From IMG/VR virus record IMGVR_UViG_2541047854_000004: 35,094 nucleotides of DNA; one strand, 5' to 3'. The stretch comes from a virus (Duplodnaviria; Heunggongvirae; Uroviricota; Caudoviricetes). Both the position numbers and the translations under genes were made by a program. The notes below the pieces were generated by a model. It was not told the origin of the DNA. It did not search any database and saw nothing but the letters and a program-made list of their open reading frames with translations. Within the stretch, counting starts at the first letter, position 1. The number at the start of each line of letters is the position of its first letter. Shown here piece by piece: positions 7,838 through 15,200 of this stretch.

Positions 7838-7934
7838 AGGAGCACCATTTCTTTAATTACTAAGTAATCTTAGTTTTTATTGACCTAAGATAGATTGATA
7901 ATTAACATCTAATAAAACTTAGTTTGGAGGGCAT
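7838..7934. promoter_or_regulatory. Immunity switch region (oR-like) between cI and cro
   Basis: Perfect 13-bp palindrome ATTACTAAGTAAT (7856-7868); two CTTAGTTT copies (7869-7876, 7918-7925); candidate rightward promoter -35 TTGACC (7880-7885), 17-bp spacer, -10 TAACAT (7903-7908); GGAGG RBS before the cro ATG. Confidence 0.5.
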
Positions 7935-8135
7935 ATGACGACTGACGATATCGAAAGCTACTTCGGCAGCATTGAGAAAGTTGCTGCTTTTTTCGGCATA
8001 ACAACTGAAGCCGTTTATCAGTGGCGAAACCGTCCTGGCCAGTTAATTCCAAAAGGACGTGCAGCAGAGGCTGCATATAGAACTTGCGGACGGTTGCCAT
8101 TTAAACCTGAGCTTTATGAAAAATCTAATGGATAA
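7935..8135 (+). CDS. cro: Cro-like small HTH regulator
   Basis: 66-aa ORF divergent from cI; HTH-like segment VAAFFGITTEAVYQWRN; GGAGG RBS. Confidence 0.75.
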   Translation: MTTDDIESYFGSIEKVAAFFGITTEAVYQWRNRPGQLIPKGRAAEAAYRTCGRLPFKPELYEKSNG

Positions 8136-8757
8136 ATCGATTTACAGAAACCACAGATATGAGGGCTTAAACGTGGGTAAAGAACCTGAATGGAAAGTTG
8201 ATAAGCAACCAGCATGGCTGGTGGCAGCAATACGAAGAACGATTGCTGATTTACCTCATGGCTATGAGGAAGCAGCAGAAATTCTTGGTTTGTATAAATC
8301 TGATGATATCACCCCAGCAAAAGATCAATTGCATAACAGACTGCGTAGCGGTGGGGATCAAATTTTTCCACTTGAGTGGGCCATGGTTTTACAGGATGCC
8401 AGTGGTACCAGGCATGTAACGGATGCAATAGCCCGTCGTAGTAATGGGGTGTTTGTGCCGCTGGTGGTCATTGATGACATTGACAATGGTGACATTAATC
8501 AGCGGCTGATGGAGTCAATAGAATGGATTGGCAAGCATTCCCAGTACTTACGCAAGGCAACTGCTGATGGAGTTATTGACCAGGCTGAGCGTGAGCAAAT
8601 CGAAGAGAACAGCTACCAAGTAATGGCGAAGTGGCAGGAGCATTTAACACTGTTATTTCGTGTTTTTTGTGCGCCGGAAAAGAGTAACGCCCGCGAGTGT
8701 GCAGCTCCGGGCGTCGTGGCGTCGATTGCTTCTGGTTGTGGAGAAACTAACGCATGA
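8116..8757 (+). CDS. CII-like / YdaT-like phage regulatory protein
   Basis: About 213 aa directly after cro (switch-region synteny). Start ambiguous between the ATGs at 8116 and 8128; the ORF-track start at 8059 overlaps cro. Family call from memory, moderate. Confidence 0.55.
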   Translation: MKNLMDKSIYRNHRYEGLNVGKEPEWKVDKQPAWLVAAIRRTIADLPHGYEEAAEILGLYKSDDITPAKDQLHNRLRSGGDQIFPLEWAMVLQDASGTRHVTDAIARRSNGVFVPLVVIDDIDNGDINQRLMESIEWIGKHSQYLRKATADGVIDQAEREQIEENSYQVMAKWQEHLTLLFRVFCAPEKSNARECAAPGVVASIASGCGETNA

Positions 8758-9092
8758 ACAGTTTAACAACACACTACCGTCGCTCGCAACTGATTGCGCT
8801 TCCTGTACCGGGTGGAAAAGCGAAGGTGGAGTATTGCTATGCAGTGAATGTACCAGGTGACAGGGAAATTGTAACCCACAGCTTTGCAGAGTGGGCTGTG
8901 GGTGATTTCAACCGGCAGAAGGAGACAGTCCTTTGCGACAAGTTAACCGCTGGTTCAAAGATCACCACGGAGTGCCCGTCAGAGTCATTCGTTGGGAGCC
9001 GGAAACACAACGGGTTATCTACCTCCGTGAAGGCTATGAACATGAATGCTTCAGCCCACTTGAGCATTTCAGGCAAAAGTTCAGGGAGATAA
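8754..9092 (+). CDS. Uncertain ORF; N-terminal ~60 codons protein-like, remainder probably not coding
   Basis: ATG overlaps the upstream stop (ATGA), but the second half reads as low-quality sequence and overlaps the better-supported 8933-9124 frame. Confidence 0.3.
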   Translation: MNSLTTHYRRSQLIALPVPGGKAKVEYCYAVNVPGDREIVTHSFAEWAVGDFNRQKETVLCDKLTAGSKITTECPSESFVGSRKHNGLSTSVKAMNMNASAHLSISGKSSGR

Positions 9093-9124
9093 GGGACGAT
9101 CATGAGCAAACCAGTAATGATTGA
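8933..9124 (+). CDS. Small phage protein, paralogue of the 1765-2043 product (DUF4222-like)
   Basis: TTG start with AAGGAGA RBS 7 nt upstream; product ...[35 protein letters not shown]... shares a motif with the 1765-2043 protein; stop overlaps the next ATG. Confidence 0.55.
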   Translation: MRQVNRWFKDHHGVPVRVIRWEPETQRVIYLREGYEHECFSPLEHFRQKFREIRDDHEQTSND

Positions 9125-9959
9125 TTCTGATAATTCTGGGCGTTATATTGTTCTGGCAGCGGCAAAATCCGTTGCCGGGATTGGCGTCCTGAAATTGATT
9201 ACTGAGCATAACCGCGCTCATGCGGTTTTTTCGTGTCATGAGCATTGCTACGCCCAAATTATGGTGGGGCGTACAGGGCCGACTTCGGTCGGGCCGGGTT
9301 CGGTAGTCTCCGGTAACGCCAACCCTGTACGTCTCACCACCTCTGTGATTGGCGTCCCATGTGGTGAGTTTTCTAAAAAACTGACTACCGGGGCTGTCAC
9401 TATGACTACTCTCCCAACCCTCTCTCAACCTGAAATTGCCATCGTTGATGGTCAGGCTGTTACATCTTCTTTGGCTGTTGCTGACTTCTTCTCTAAACGT
9501 CATGACGATGTTCTGAAAAAGATTCGCATTTTGGATTGTTCTCCAGAGTTTTGTGCCCGCAATTTTGCGGAGACATCAATTTTGGTACGCCAGCCCAACG
9601 GCGGTACTCGCAAACTACCTTGCTATCAAATAACCCGCGATGGCTTTGCGTTTCTTGCTATGGGTTTCACGGGTAAACGTGCTGCCCAGTTCAAAGAGGC
9701 ATACATCAATGCCTTTAACCAGATGGAACAGGCGCTGATCGGAAAGGTTGATACTTCATGTGTCGCGCACAATGCCCACGTTGTTTACCTCTACATGGCT
9801 GAAATTCACCGCGTTTGGTTAGAACAACTTTATCCGATGCTGGTTTCAGTTCAGTCTCCGCTGGCTTCATCGCTCTACGACTACATCAACGATGGTGTAT
9901 TCGTTGCCGGGCTGGTGGACTCGGAACTGAACGAAAAGCATAAGGAGGTGCGTAAGTGA
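9102..9959 (+). CDS. Rha / ORF6N-type phage regulatory protein (antirepressor-like)
   Basis: C-terminal ~185 aa carry the Rha-like motif (IVDGQAVTSSLAVADFFSKRHDDVLKKIRIL...YQITRDGFAFLAMGF). The first ~100 codons (9102-9401) are of doubtful coding quality; an alternative start is the ATG at 9402. Confidence 0.5.
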   Translation: MSKPVMIDSDNSGRYIVLAAAKSVAGIGVLKLITEHNRAHAVFSCHEHCYAQIMVGRTGPTSVGPGSVVSGNANPVRLTTSVIGVPCGEFSKKLTTGAVTMTTLPTLSQPEIAIVDGQAVTSSLAVADFFSKRHDDVLKKIRILDCSPEFCARNFAETSILVRQPNGGTRKLPCYQITRDGFAFLAMGFTGKRAAQFKEAYINAFNQMEQALIGKVDTSCVAHNAHVVYLYMAEIHRVWLEQLYPMLVSVQSPLASSLYDYINDGVFVAGLVDSELNEKHKEVRK

Positions 9960-10897
9960 GCACCAAATTAACCGGCTATGTATGGGATGGTTGCGCAGCG
10001 TCAGGCATGAAATTATCCAGTGTGGCAATTATGGCCCGTCTGGCTGATTTCAGTAATGACGAGGGTGTGTGCTGGCCATCAATTGAAACCATTGCCCGCC
10101 AGATTGGCGCGGGGATGAGTACCGTCAGAACGGCTATCGCACGGCTGGAAGCAGAAGGCTGGTTAACGCGTAAGGCGCGTCGCCAGGGTAACCGCAATGC
10201 GTCGAATGTTTATCAGCTTAACGTTGCGAAGCTTCAGGCTGCGGCATTTTCTCAACTGTCAGATTCTGACCCGTCAAAATCTGACGCATCAAAATCTGAC
10301 CCGTCAAAATTTGATGCGTCGAAATCTGGCAAAAAAGCGTGTTTTCACCCGTCAGAATCTGGCGGGGATCCGTCAGTAAAATCAAAACATGATCCGTCAG
10401 ATAAAAAACCTTCTCGTCCGGACGCTTTGCAACCGGACACGCAGACGGCTGAACAGGATTTTTTAACTCGCCATCCTGATGCGGTTGTATTCAGCCCTAA
10501 AAAGCGCCAGTGGGGAACGCAGGATGATTTGACCTGCGCACAGTGGCTCTGGAAAAAAATCATCGCCCTGTACGAGCAGGCCGCCGAATGTGACGGCGAG
10601 GTGGTTCGTCCCAAAGAACCGAACTGGACAGCATGGGCAAACGAAATTCGCCTGATGTGTGTGCAGGATGGTCGTACTCACAAACAAATCTGCGAGATGT
10701 ACAGCCGCGTCAGCCGTGATCCGTTCTGGTGCCGTAACGTGCTCAGCCCGTCGAAGTTGCGGGAAAAATGGGATGAGCTTTCCCTGCGCTTATCGCCGTC
10801 CGTCAGCACGCACACAGAAAAACGTGAAGACCCGTACTTCAAAGCCAGTTACGACAACGTGGACTACAGCCAGATCCCGGAAGGATTCAGGGGGTGA
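9956..10897 (+). CDS. Replication initiator (N-terminal winged-HTH; internal origin iterons)
   Basis: GTG start with AAGGAGGTG RBS; N-terminal HTH (PSIETIARQIGAGMSTVRTAIARLEAEGWL); iteron array inside the linker-coding region, as in lambda O. Confidence 0.7.
   Translation: MSTKLTGYVWDGCAASGMKLSSVAIMARLADFSNDEGVCWPSIETIARQIGAGMSTVRTAIARLEAEGWLTRKARRQGNRNASNVYQLNVAKLQAAAFSQLSDSDPSKSDASKSDPSKFDASKSGKKACFHPSESGGDPSVKSKHDPSDKKPSRPDALQPDTQTAEQDFLTRHPDAVVFSPKKRQWGTQDDLTCAQWLWKKIIALYEQAAECDGEVVRPKEPNWTAWANEIRLMCVQDGRTHKQICEMYSRVSRDPFWCRNVLSPSKLREKWDELSLRLSPSVSTHTEKREDPYFKASYDNVDYSQIPEGFRG
10265..10400. repeat. Iteron array, putative phage origin of replication
   Basis: 15-bp units TCTGACCCGTCAAAA / TCTGACGCATCAAAA / TCTGACCCGTCAAAA / TTTGATGCGTCGAAA (10265-10324); further CCGTCAG cores at 10349, 10370 and 10394; then an A-rich stretch. 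Encodes the SDPSK/SDASK peptide repeats. Confidence 0.6.
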
Positions 10898-11388
10898 TCA
10901 TGAGTCTTTTGAATGAAGTTCAGAAATTCATTGAAGCCCATCCGGGCTGTACTTCCGGAGACATTGCGGATGCTTTTGCAGGTTACTCACGGCAGCGCGT
11001 ACTGCAGTCAGCAAGCAAGTTACGTCAGAGTGGGCGTGTGGCTCACCGTTGTGAAGGGAAAACACGCAGACATTTCCCACACCAGGCTGAGATATCGCAG
11101 GAGGAGAAACTGCAACCTGTTCTTGAAACCATACCTGTGAGCAATTTCTATGTCGGCACTAACGACCCCTGGGTGATTTTGTGCCTGACCCGTCATGCTG
11201 AAGAACTGGAGTCCAGGGGCTTATACCGTCGTGCTGCAACGGTGTGGATGGCGGCATTCCGTGAAAGCCACTCCCAGCCAGAACGAAACAATTTTCTGGC
11301 GCGTCGTGAGCAGTGCTTACAGAAAAGCAGCAAGCGCGCAGCATCGGGTGAAGAGTGGTATCTGTCAGGGAATTACGTGGGGGCTTAA
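10894..11388 (+). CDS. PerC/ANR-like transcriptional regulator with N-terminal winged-helix extension
   Basis: C-terminal motif LESRGLYRRAATVWMAAFRESHSQPERNNFLARREQCL resembles the PerC/Pch family signature (from memory). Start is GTG 10894 (overlapping the upstream stop) or ATG 10900. Confidence 0.5.
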   Translation: MIMSLLNEVQKFIEAHPGCTSGDIADAFAGYSRQRVLQSASKLRQSGRVAHRCEGKTRRHFPHQAEISQEEKLQPVLETIPVSNFYVGTNDPWVILCLTRHAEELESRGLYRRAATVWMAAFRESHSQPERNNFLARREQCLQKSSKRAASGEEWYLSGNYVGA

Positions 11389-12041
11389 TGAGTAATAAAT
11401 ATTGTCAGGCACTGGTGGAACTGCGGAACAAACCAGCCCATGAACTGAAGGAAGTGGGCGATCAGTGGCGCACGCCGGACAACATTTTCTGGGGAATTAA
11501 CACTCTGTTTGGCCCGTTTGTTCTGGATCTGTTTACTGACGGTGATAACGCCAAATGTGCTGCGTATTACACGGCGGAAGACAACGCGCTGGCGCATGAC
11601 TGGTCAGAACGTCTTGCGGAGCTTAAAGGTGCTGCCTTTGGTAATCCCCCATACAGCCGCGCCAGTCAGCATGAGGGGCAATACATCACCGGCATGCGTT
11701 ACATCATGAAACATGCCAGTGCCATGCGTGATAAGGGCGGGCGCTATGTTTTCCTGATCAAAGCTGCCACCAGCGAAGTGTGGTGGCCGGAAGATGCGGA
11801 CCATATTGCTTTTATTCGCGGGCGTATTGGTTTTGAACTGCCTGCCTGGTTTATCCCGAAAGACGAAAAGCAGGTGCCAACAGGTGCTTTCTTCGCTGGT
11901 GCTATTGCTGTTTTCGACAAGACCTGGAAGGGAGCGGCAATCAGCTACATCGGGCGCGATGAACTTGAGGCATGTGGTGAGGCATTTCTGGCGCAGGTTC
12001 GCCAGCAGGCGGAAAAACTGGTCAGGGAGATGGTGGCATGA
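11388..12041 (+). CDS. Phage N6-adenine DNA methyltransferase (Dam-like, orphan)
   Basis: Motif WRTPDNIFW near the N-terminus and the catalytic NPPY-type motif (GNPPYSR); ATG overlaps the upstream stop. ORF-track start at 11355 is an extension. Confidence 0.8.
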   Translation: MSNKYCQALVELRNKPAHELKEVGDQWRTPDNIFWGINTLFGPFVLDLFTDGDNAKCAAYYTAEDNALAHDWSERLAELKGAAFGNPPYSRASQHEGQYITGMRYIMKHASAMRDKGGRYVFLIKAATSEVWWPEDADHIAFIRGRIGFELPAWFIPKDEKQVPTGAFFAGAIAVFDKTWKGAAISYIGRDELEACGEAFLAQVRQQAEKLVREMVA

Positions 12042-12427
12042 AGCTAATACTGCCTTTTCCGCCCAGCGTGAACACCTACTGGCGACACCCCAACAAAGGG
12101 GCATTTGCTGGTAAGAGCCTGATAAGCGCGGCGGGGCGAAAATTCCAGAGTGCGGCGTGCACAGCAATAGTTGAGCAGTTACGTCGTCTGCCGAAACCAA
12201 CGTCGGCACCTGCTTCAGTGGAGATCGTGTTGTTTCCTCCGGATAACCGGATCCGCGATCTGGACAACTATAACAAGGCGCTGTTTGACGCCCTGACCCA
12301 CGCGGGTGTGTGGGAAGACGACAGCCAGGTGAAAAGAATGCTGGTGGAGTGGGGACCAGTTATCCCGGAAGGGAAGGTCGAGATCACTATCAGTAAGTAC
12401 GAGAAAACGGCGGGTGCAGCCGCCTGA
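12038..12427 (+). CDS. rusA: RusA-family Holliday junction resolvase
   Basis: Hallmark N-terminus MKLILPFPPSVNTYW and acidic motif RIRDLDNYNKALFDAL; ATGA overlap with the upstream gene. Confidence 0.9.
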   Translation: MKLILPFPPSVNTYWRHPNKGAFAGKSLISAAGRKFQSAACTAIVEQLRRLPKPTSAPASVEIVLFPPDNRIRDLDNYNKALFDALTHAGVWEDDSQVKRMLVEWGPVIPEGKVEITISKYEKTAGAAA

Positions 12428-12446
12428 TTAAGAGGAGAAACGAAGT

Positions 12447-13256
12447 ATGAATAATCTGATGGTCATTGATGGTATTGAAGTTCGTCGTGATGCTTATGGG
12501 CGTTACAGCCTGAACGATCTGCATCGCGCAGCAGTAGCATCTGGTGCAAATGCCAGAACCAAGGAGCCAGGAAAGTTTCTTTCCAGCCAACAAACTGTTG
12601 AGCTTGTTCATGAATTGACCAACACCCAGAATTTGGGGGTTGACCCGGTGAGTGTGATTCATGGGGGAAATGAACGGGGAACGTATGTCTGCAAGGAACT
12701 GGTGTATGCCTATGCAATGTGGATCAGTCCATCATTCCATCTGAAGGTGATCCGTACTTTTGACATGGTAACCAGCGCACCGGATAAATTATCCGGACAG
12801 GCTGCTGACAAGATGCAGGCTGGTGTGATTCTGCTGGACTTTATGCGCCGGGAATTAAACCTGTCTAACTCTTCAGTGCTTGGTGCCTGTCAGAAACTCC
12901 AGGAGGCTGTTGGCTTACCGAATCTGGCACCGCGCTATGCCATTGATGCTCCTGCCGATGCACCCGATGGCTCAAGTCGCCCCACGCTGTCGCTAAGTGC
13001 ACTGCTGAAACAGTATGGTATCCGCCTGACGGCTAATCAGGCATATCACCAGATGGTGAAGCTGGGGATCGTCGAGCAGCGCGAACGATACAGCCGTACC
13101 GCGATTAACAACATCAAAAAATTCTGGTCGCTGACGGCGAAAGGCTGCATGTTCGGCAAGAACATCACCAGTCCTGCAAATCCGCGCGAGACGCAGCCGC
13201 ACTTCTTCGAATCCCGATTCCCTGAGCTGTTAAAGCTGCTCGATACCGTTCATTGA
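12447..13256 (+). CDS. KilA-N domain protein
   Basis: N-terminal motif NNLMVIDGIEVRRDAYGRYSLNDLHRAA...GTYVCKELVYAYAMWISPSFHLKVIR typical of KilA-N; GGAG RBS. Confidence 0.8.
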   Translation: MNNLMVIDGIEVRRDAYGRYSLNDLHRAAVASGANARTKEPGKFLSSQQTVELVHELTNTQNLGVDPVSVIHGGNERGTYVCKELVYAYAMWISPSFHLKVIRTFDMVTSAPDKLSGQAADKMQAGVILLDFMRRELNLSNSSVLGACQKLQEAVGLPNLAPRYAIDAPADAPDGSSRPTLSLSALLKQYGIRLTANQAYHQMVKLGIVEQRERYSRTAINNIKKFWSLTAKGCMFGKNITSPANPRETQPHFFESRFPELLKLLDTVH

Positions 13257-13257
13257 G

Positions 13258-14253
13258 GTGACCGTGAGAGCACTACTGACCCCTGAAATTGCCCCGCGTA
13301 TGGGGATCGTATTGTTCAGACCAGGTTCAGAGCTGATGCCCCTGTTTATGCAGGGGCGTGTCCTGCTGGAGCCTGAGCCGGAACGTTATTCATCTTTCGC
13401 CAGTGGTGCCGTTCCGGCGGCATCACAACCGCTGGCGGATGATCCTGCCGTTCGGGCCGTGTTCCGCAATGAGGCAGTGATCCGTCGTGCTGGTGGCGTG
13501 GAATGTCTTGAAAGCTGGTTACTTCGTGAAAAAGGCTGCCAGTGGCCTCATTCCGACTGGCACAGCGAGAACATGACCACAATGCGACACGCTCCGGGTG
13601 CAATCCGTCTGTGCTGGCACTGCGATAATCAGCTGCGCGATCAGTTCACGGAACGGCTGGAATCAATGGCAACGGATAACTGTGCCCGCTGGGTGTTGTC
13701 TGTTGTGCGTCGGGATCTCGGTTTTGATGACAGTCACGTTGTGACAATGCCGGAACTGTGCTGGTGGCTGATTCGTAATGATCTGGCGGATGCCTTACCG
13801 GAAAGTGCAGCCCGTAAGGCACTGAGATTACCGAAGCCTGTTGTGCCGACTGTTACCCGGGAAAGTGACCTTGTGCCTTCGGTTCCTGCCACCAGCATCA
13901 TCCGGGATAAGGCGAAAAAGGTGCTGGCGCTGAAAGTGGATCCGGAGTCGCCGGAGTCTTTTATGTTACGCCCAAAACGTCGCCGCTGGGTTAATGAAAA
14001 GTACACGCGCTGGGTTAAGACACAGCCGTGTGCATGTTGTGGAAAGCCCGCTGATGATCCCCACCACCTGATAGGTCACGGTCAGGGTGGAATGGGAACA
14101 AAAGCGCATGACCTTTTTGTGTTGCCTTTGTGCAGAAAGCATCACGACGAGCTGCATGCGGATACCGTGGCATTTGAAGAGAAGTATGGTTCCCAACTGG
14201 AGCTGATATTTCGTTTTATCGATCGCGCGCTGGCGATTGGTGTGCTGTCCTGA
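13258..14253 (+). CDS. DUF968-like protein with C-terminal Cys/His cluster (putative nuclease)
   Basis: C-terminus CACCGKPADDPHHLIGHGQGGMGTKAHDLFVLPLCRKHHDELH; probable start is the GTG at 13264 (GAGG 6 nt upstream). Family name from memory. Confidence 0.65.
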   Translation: MTVRALLTPEIAPRMGIVLFRPGSELMPLFMQGRVLLEPEPERYSSFASGAVPAASQPLADDPAVRAVFRNEAVIRRAGGVECLESWLLREKGCQWPHSDWHSENMTTMRHAPGAIRLCWHCDNQLRDQFTERLESMATDNCARWVLSVVRRDLGFDDSHVVTMPELCWWLIRNDLADALPESAARKALRLPKPVVPTVTRESDLVPSVPATSIIRDKAKKVLALKVDPESPESFMLRPKRRRWVNEKYTRWVKTQPCACCGKPADDPHHLIGHGQGGMGTKAHDLFVLPLCRKHHDELHADTVAFEEKYGSQLELIFRFIDRALAIGVLS

Positions 14254-14270
14254 TTTTGTGGAGAAAGTTG

Positions 14271-14651
14271 ATGCGTGATATTCAGATGGTTCTTGAACGC
14301 TGGGGGGCATGGGCGGCAAGTGGTAACACCGGGGTGGACTATTCTCCGATCGCTGCCGGATTCAAAGGACTTTTACCATCTGCCACTAAACCACGTCCGG
14401 CCTGCTGCGATGATGACGGACTTATCATTGAAAACTGTCTTGCTCGTCTGAAGCAGAAAAAACCTGAGGAGTATTCGCTTCTCATTGCTCATTATTTGTT
14501 GCGAATATCAAAAAGACAGATAGCCAGGACGAGAAAGAAAAGCGAAAAAGCAATACGAATTGAGATGCAGATAGCCGAAGGGTTTATTGACGGATGTTTG
14601 TCTGTGCTGGGGGTAAGACTGGAGATGGACGACTGGCTGCTAAAAAAGTAA
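14271..14651 (+). CDS. Q: Late-gene antiterminator Q (phage-82/Qin-type)
   Basis: N-terminus MRDIQMVLERWGAWAA... matches the Phage_antitermQ family as I recall it; GGAG RBS 7 nt upstream; followed by a short leader and intrinsic terminator. Confidence 0.7.
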   Translation: MRDIQMVLERWGAWAASGNTGVDYSPIAAGFKGLLPSATKPRPACCDDDGLIIENCLARLKQKKPEEYSLLIAHYLLRISKRQIARTRKKSEKAIRIEMQIAEGFIDGCLSVLGVRLEMDDWLLKK

Positions 14652-14720
14652 AAAATGATTAGTGCGGTCCGCAAAAAGTATGTCAGTATGTTAAGAGTGG
14701 TTACTTCGCCACACAACTTA

Positions 14721-14744
14721 AACCCGCCACTGAGCGGGTTTTTT
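14721..14744 (+). terminator. Rho-independent terminator after Q (tR'-like)
   Basis: Stem AACCCGC / GCGGGTT, loop CACTGA, then T6; about 70 nt after the Q stop, leaving room for a late promoter. Confidence 0.65.
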
Positions 14745-14868
14745 GTACCTGTAAACTTGGTGCAGTACAGTAAACACGCTGGTGGTCGTGAATACTGGCT
14801 TTTTATCTTGCTGGCTTTTTAGACAAGAGTTATTGGTATGTCACGTTAACCGGAAAGGGTAAAAAGAC

Positions 14869-15138
14869 ATGCTGAAACAGCAGGATATGACAGAAACCGC
14901 CAGAGTTGTGTTTGATGAATTAAGCGTTACCGAACCGGCGACAGTCGGGGAGATTGCGCAGAATACTTACCTTTCACGCGAACGCTGCCAGTTAATACTG
15001 ACCCAGCTTGTTATGGCGGGTCTGGCAGACTATCAGTGCGGTTGTTACAGACGCCTTCAGTCCTTAAGGCTTTTTATTTGTGGTGAATGGGCGGCTGGTG
15101 GGGGGGCGACACCTGTCAGTCCTTTGCTTATGTGTTGA
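14869..15138 (+). CDS. Small hypothetical protein, possible winged-HTH
   Basis: 89-aa ORF with AAGGG RBS; N-terminal half protein-like (TVGEIAQNTYLSRERCQLILTQLVMAGL), C-terminal third low quality; AT-rich. Confidence 0.35.
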   Translation: MLKQQDMTETARVVFDELSVTEPATVGEIAQNTYLSRERCQLILTQLVMAGLADYQCGCYRRLQSLRLFICGEWAAGGGATPVSPLLMC

Positions 15139-15165
15139 TGATAATTTACCTTTTAGGGCTATAAT
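15135..15165 (+). promoter_or_regulatory. Candidate sigma-70 promoter for the AraC-family gene
   Basis: -35 TTGATG (15135-15140), 19-bp spacer (longer than optimal), perfect -10 TATAAT (15160-15165), about 35 nt before the ATG at 15201. Confidence 0.35.
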
Positions 15166-15200
15166 TGAGCTAACCAATTGCTAATGAAAGTAAAATTATA

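Noticed and set aside
9276-9295. UUCG-tetraloop hairpin GGGCCGAC-TTCG-GTCGGGCC
   Set aside because: No T-run follows on either strand, so it is not an intrinsic terminator; kept only as a note inside the ambiguous 9102-9401 region.
9081-9503. 140-aa minus-strand ORF
   Set aside because: Antisense to the Rha-like ORF region; Arg/Gly/Ser-rich with no RBS. The region is coding-ambiguous on both strands (see finding).
10265-10324. Tandem 15-bp repeats as a possible CRISPR array
   Set aside because: Units are contiguous with no spacers, lie inside an ORF and sit in a replication gene; they are iterons. No CRISPR array or cas genes in the window.
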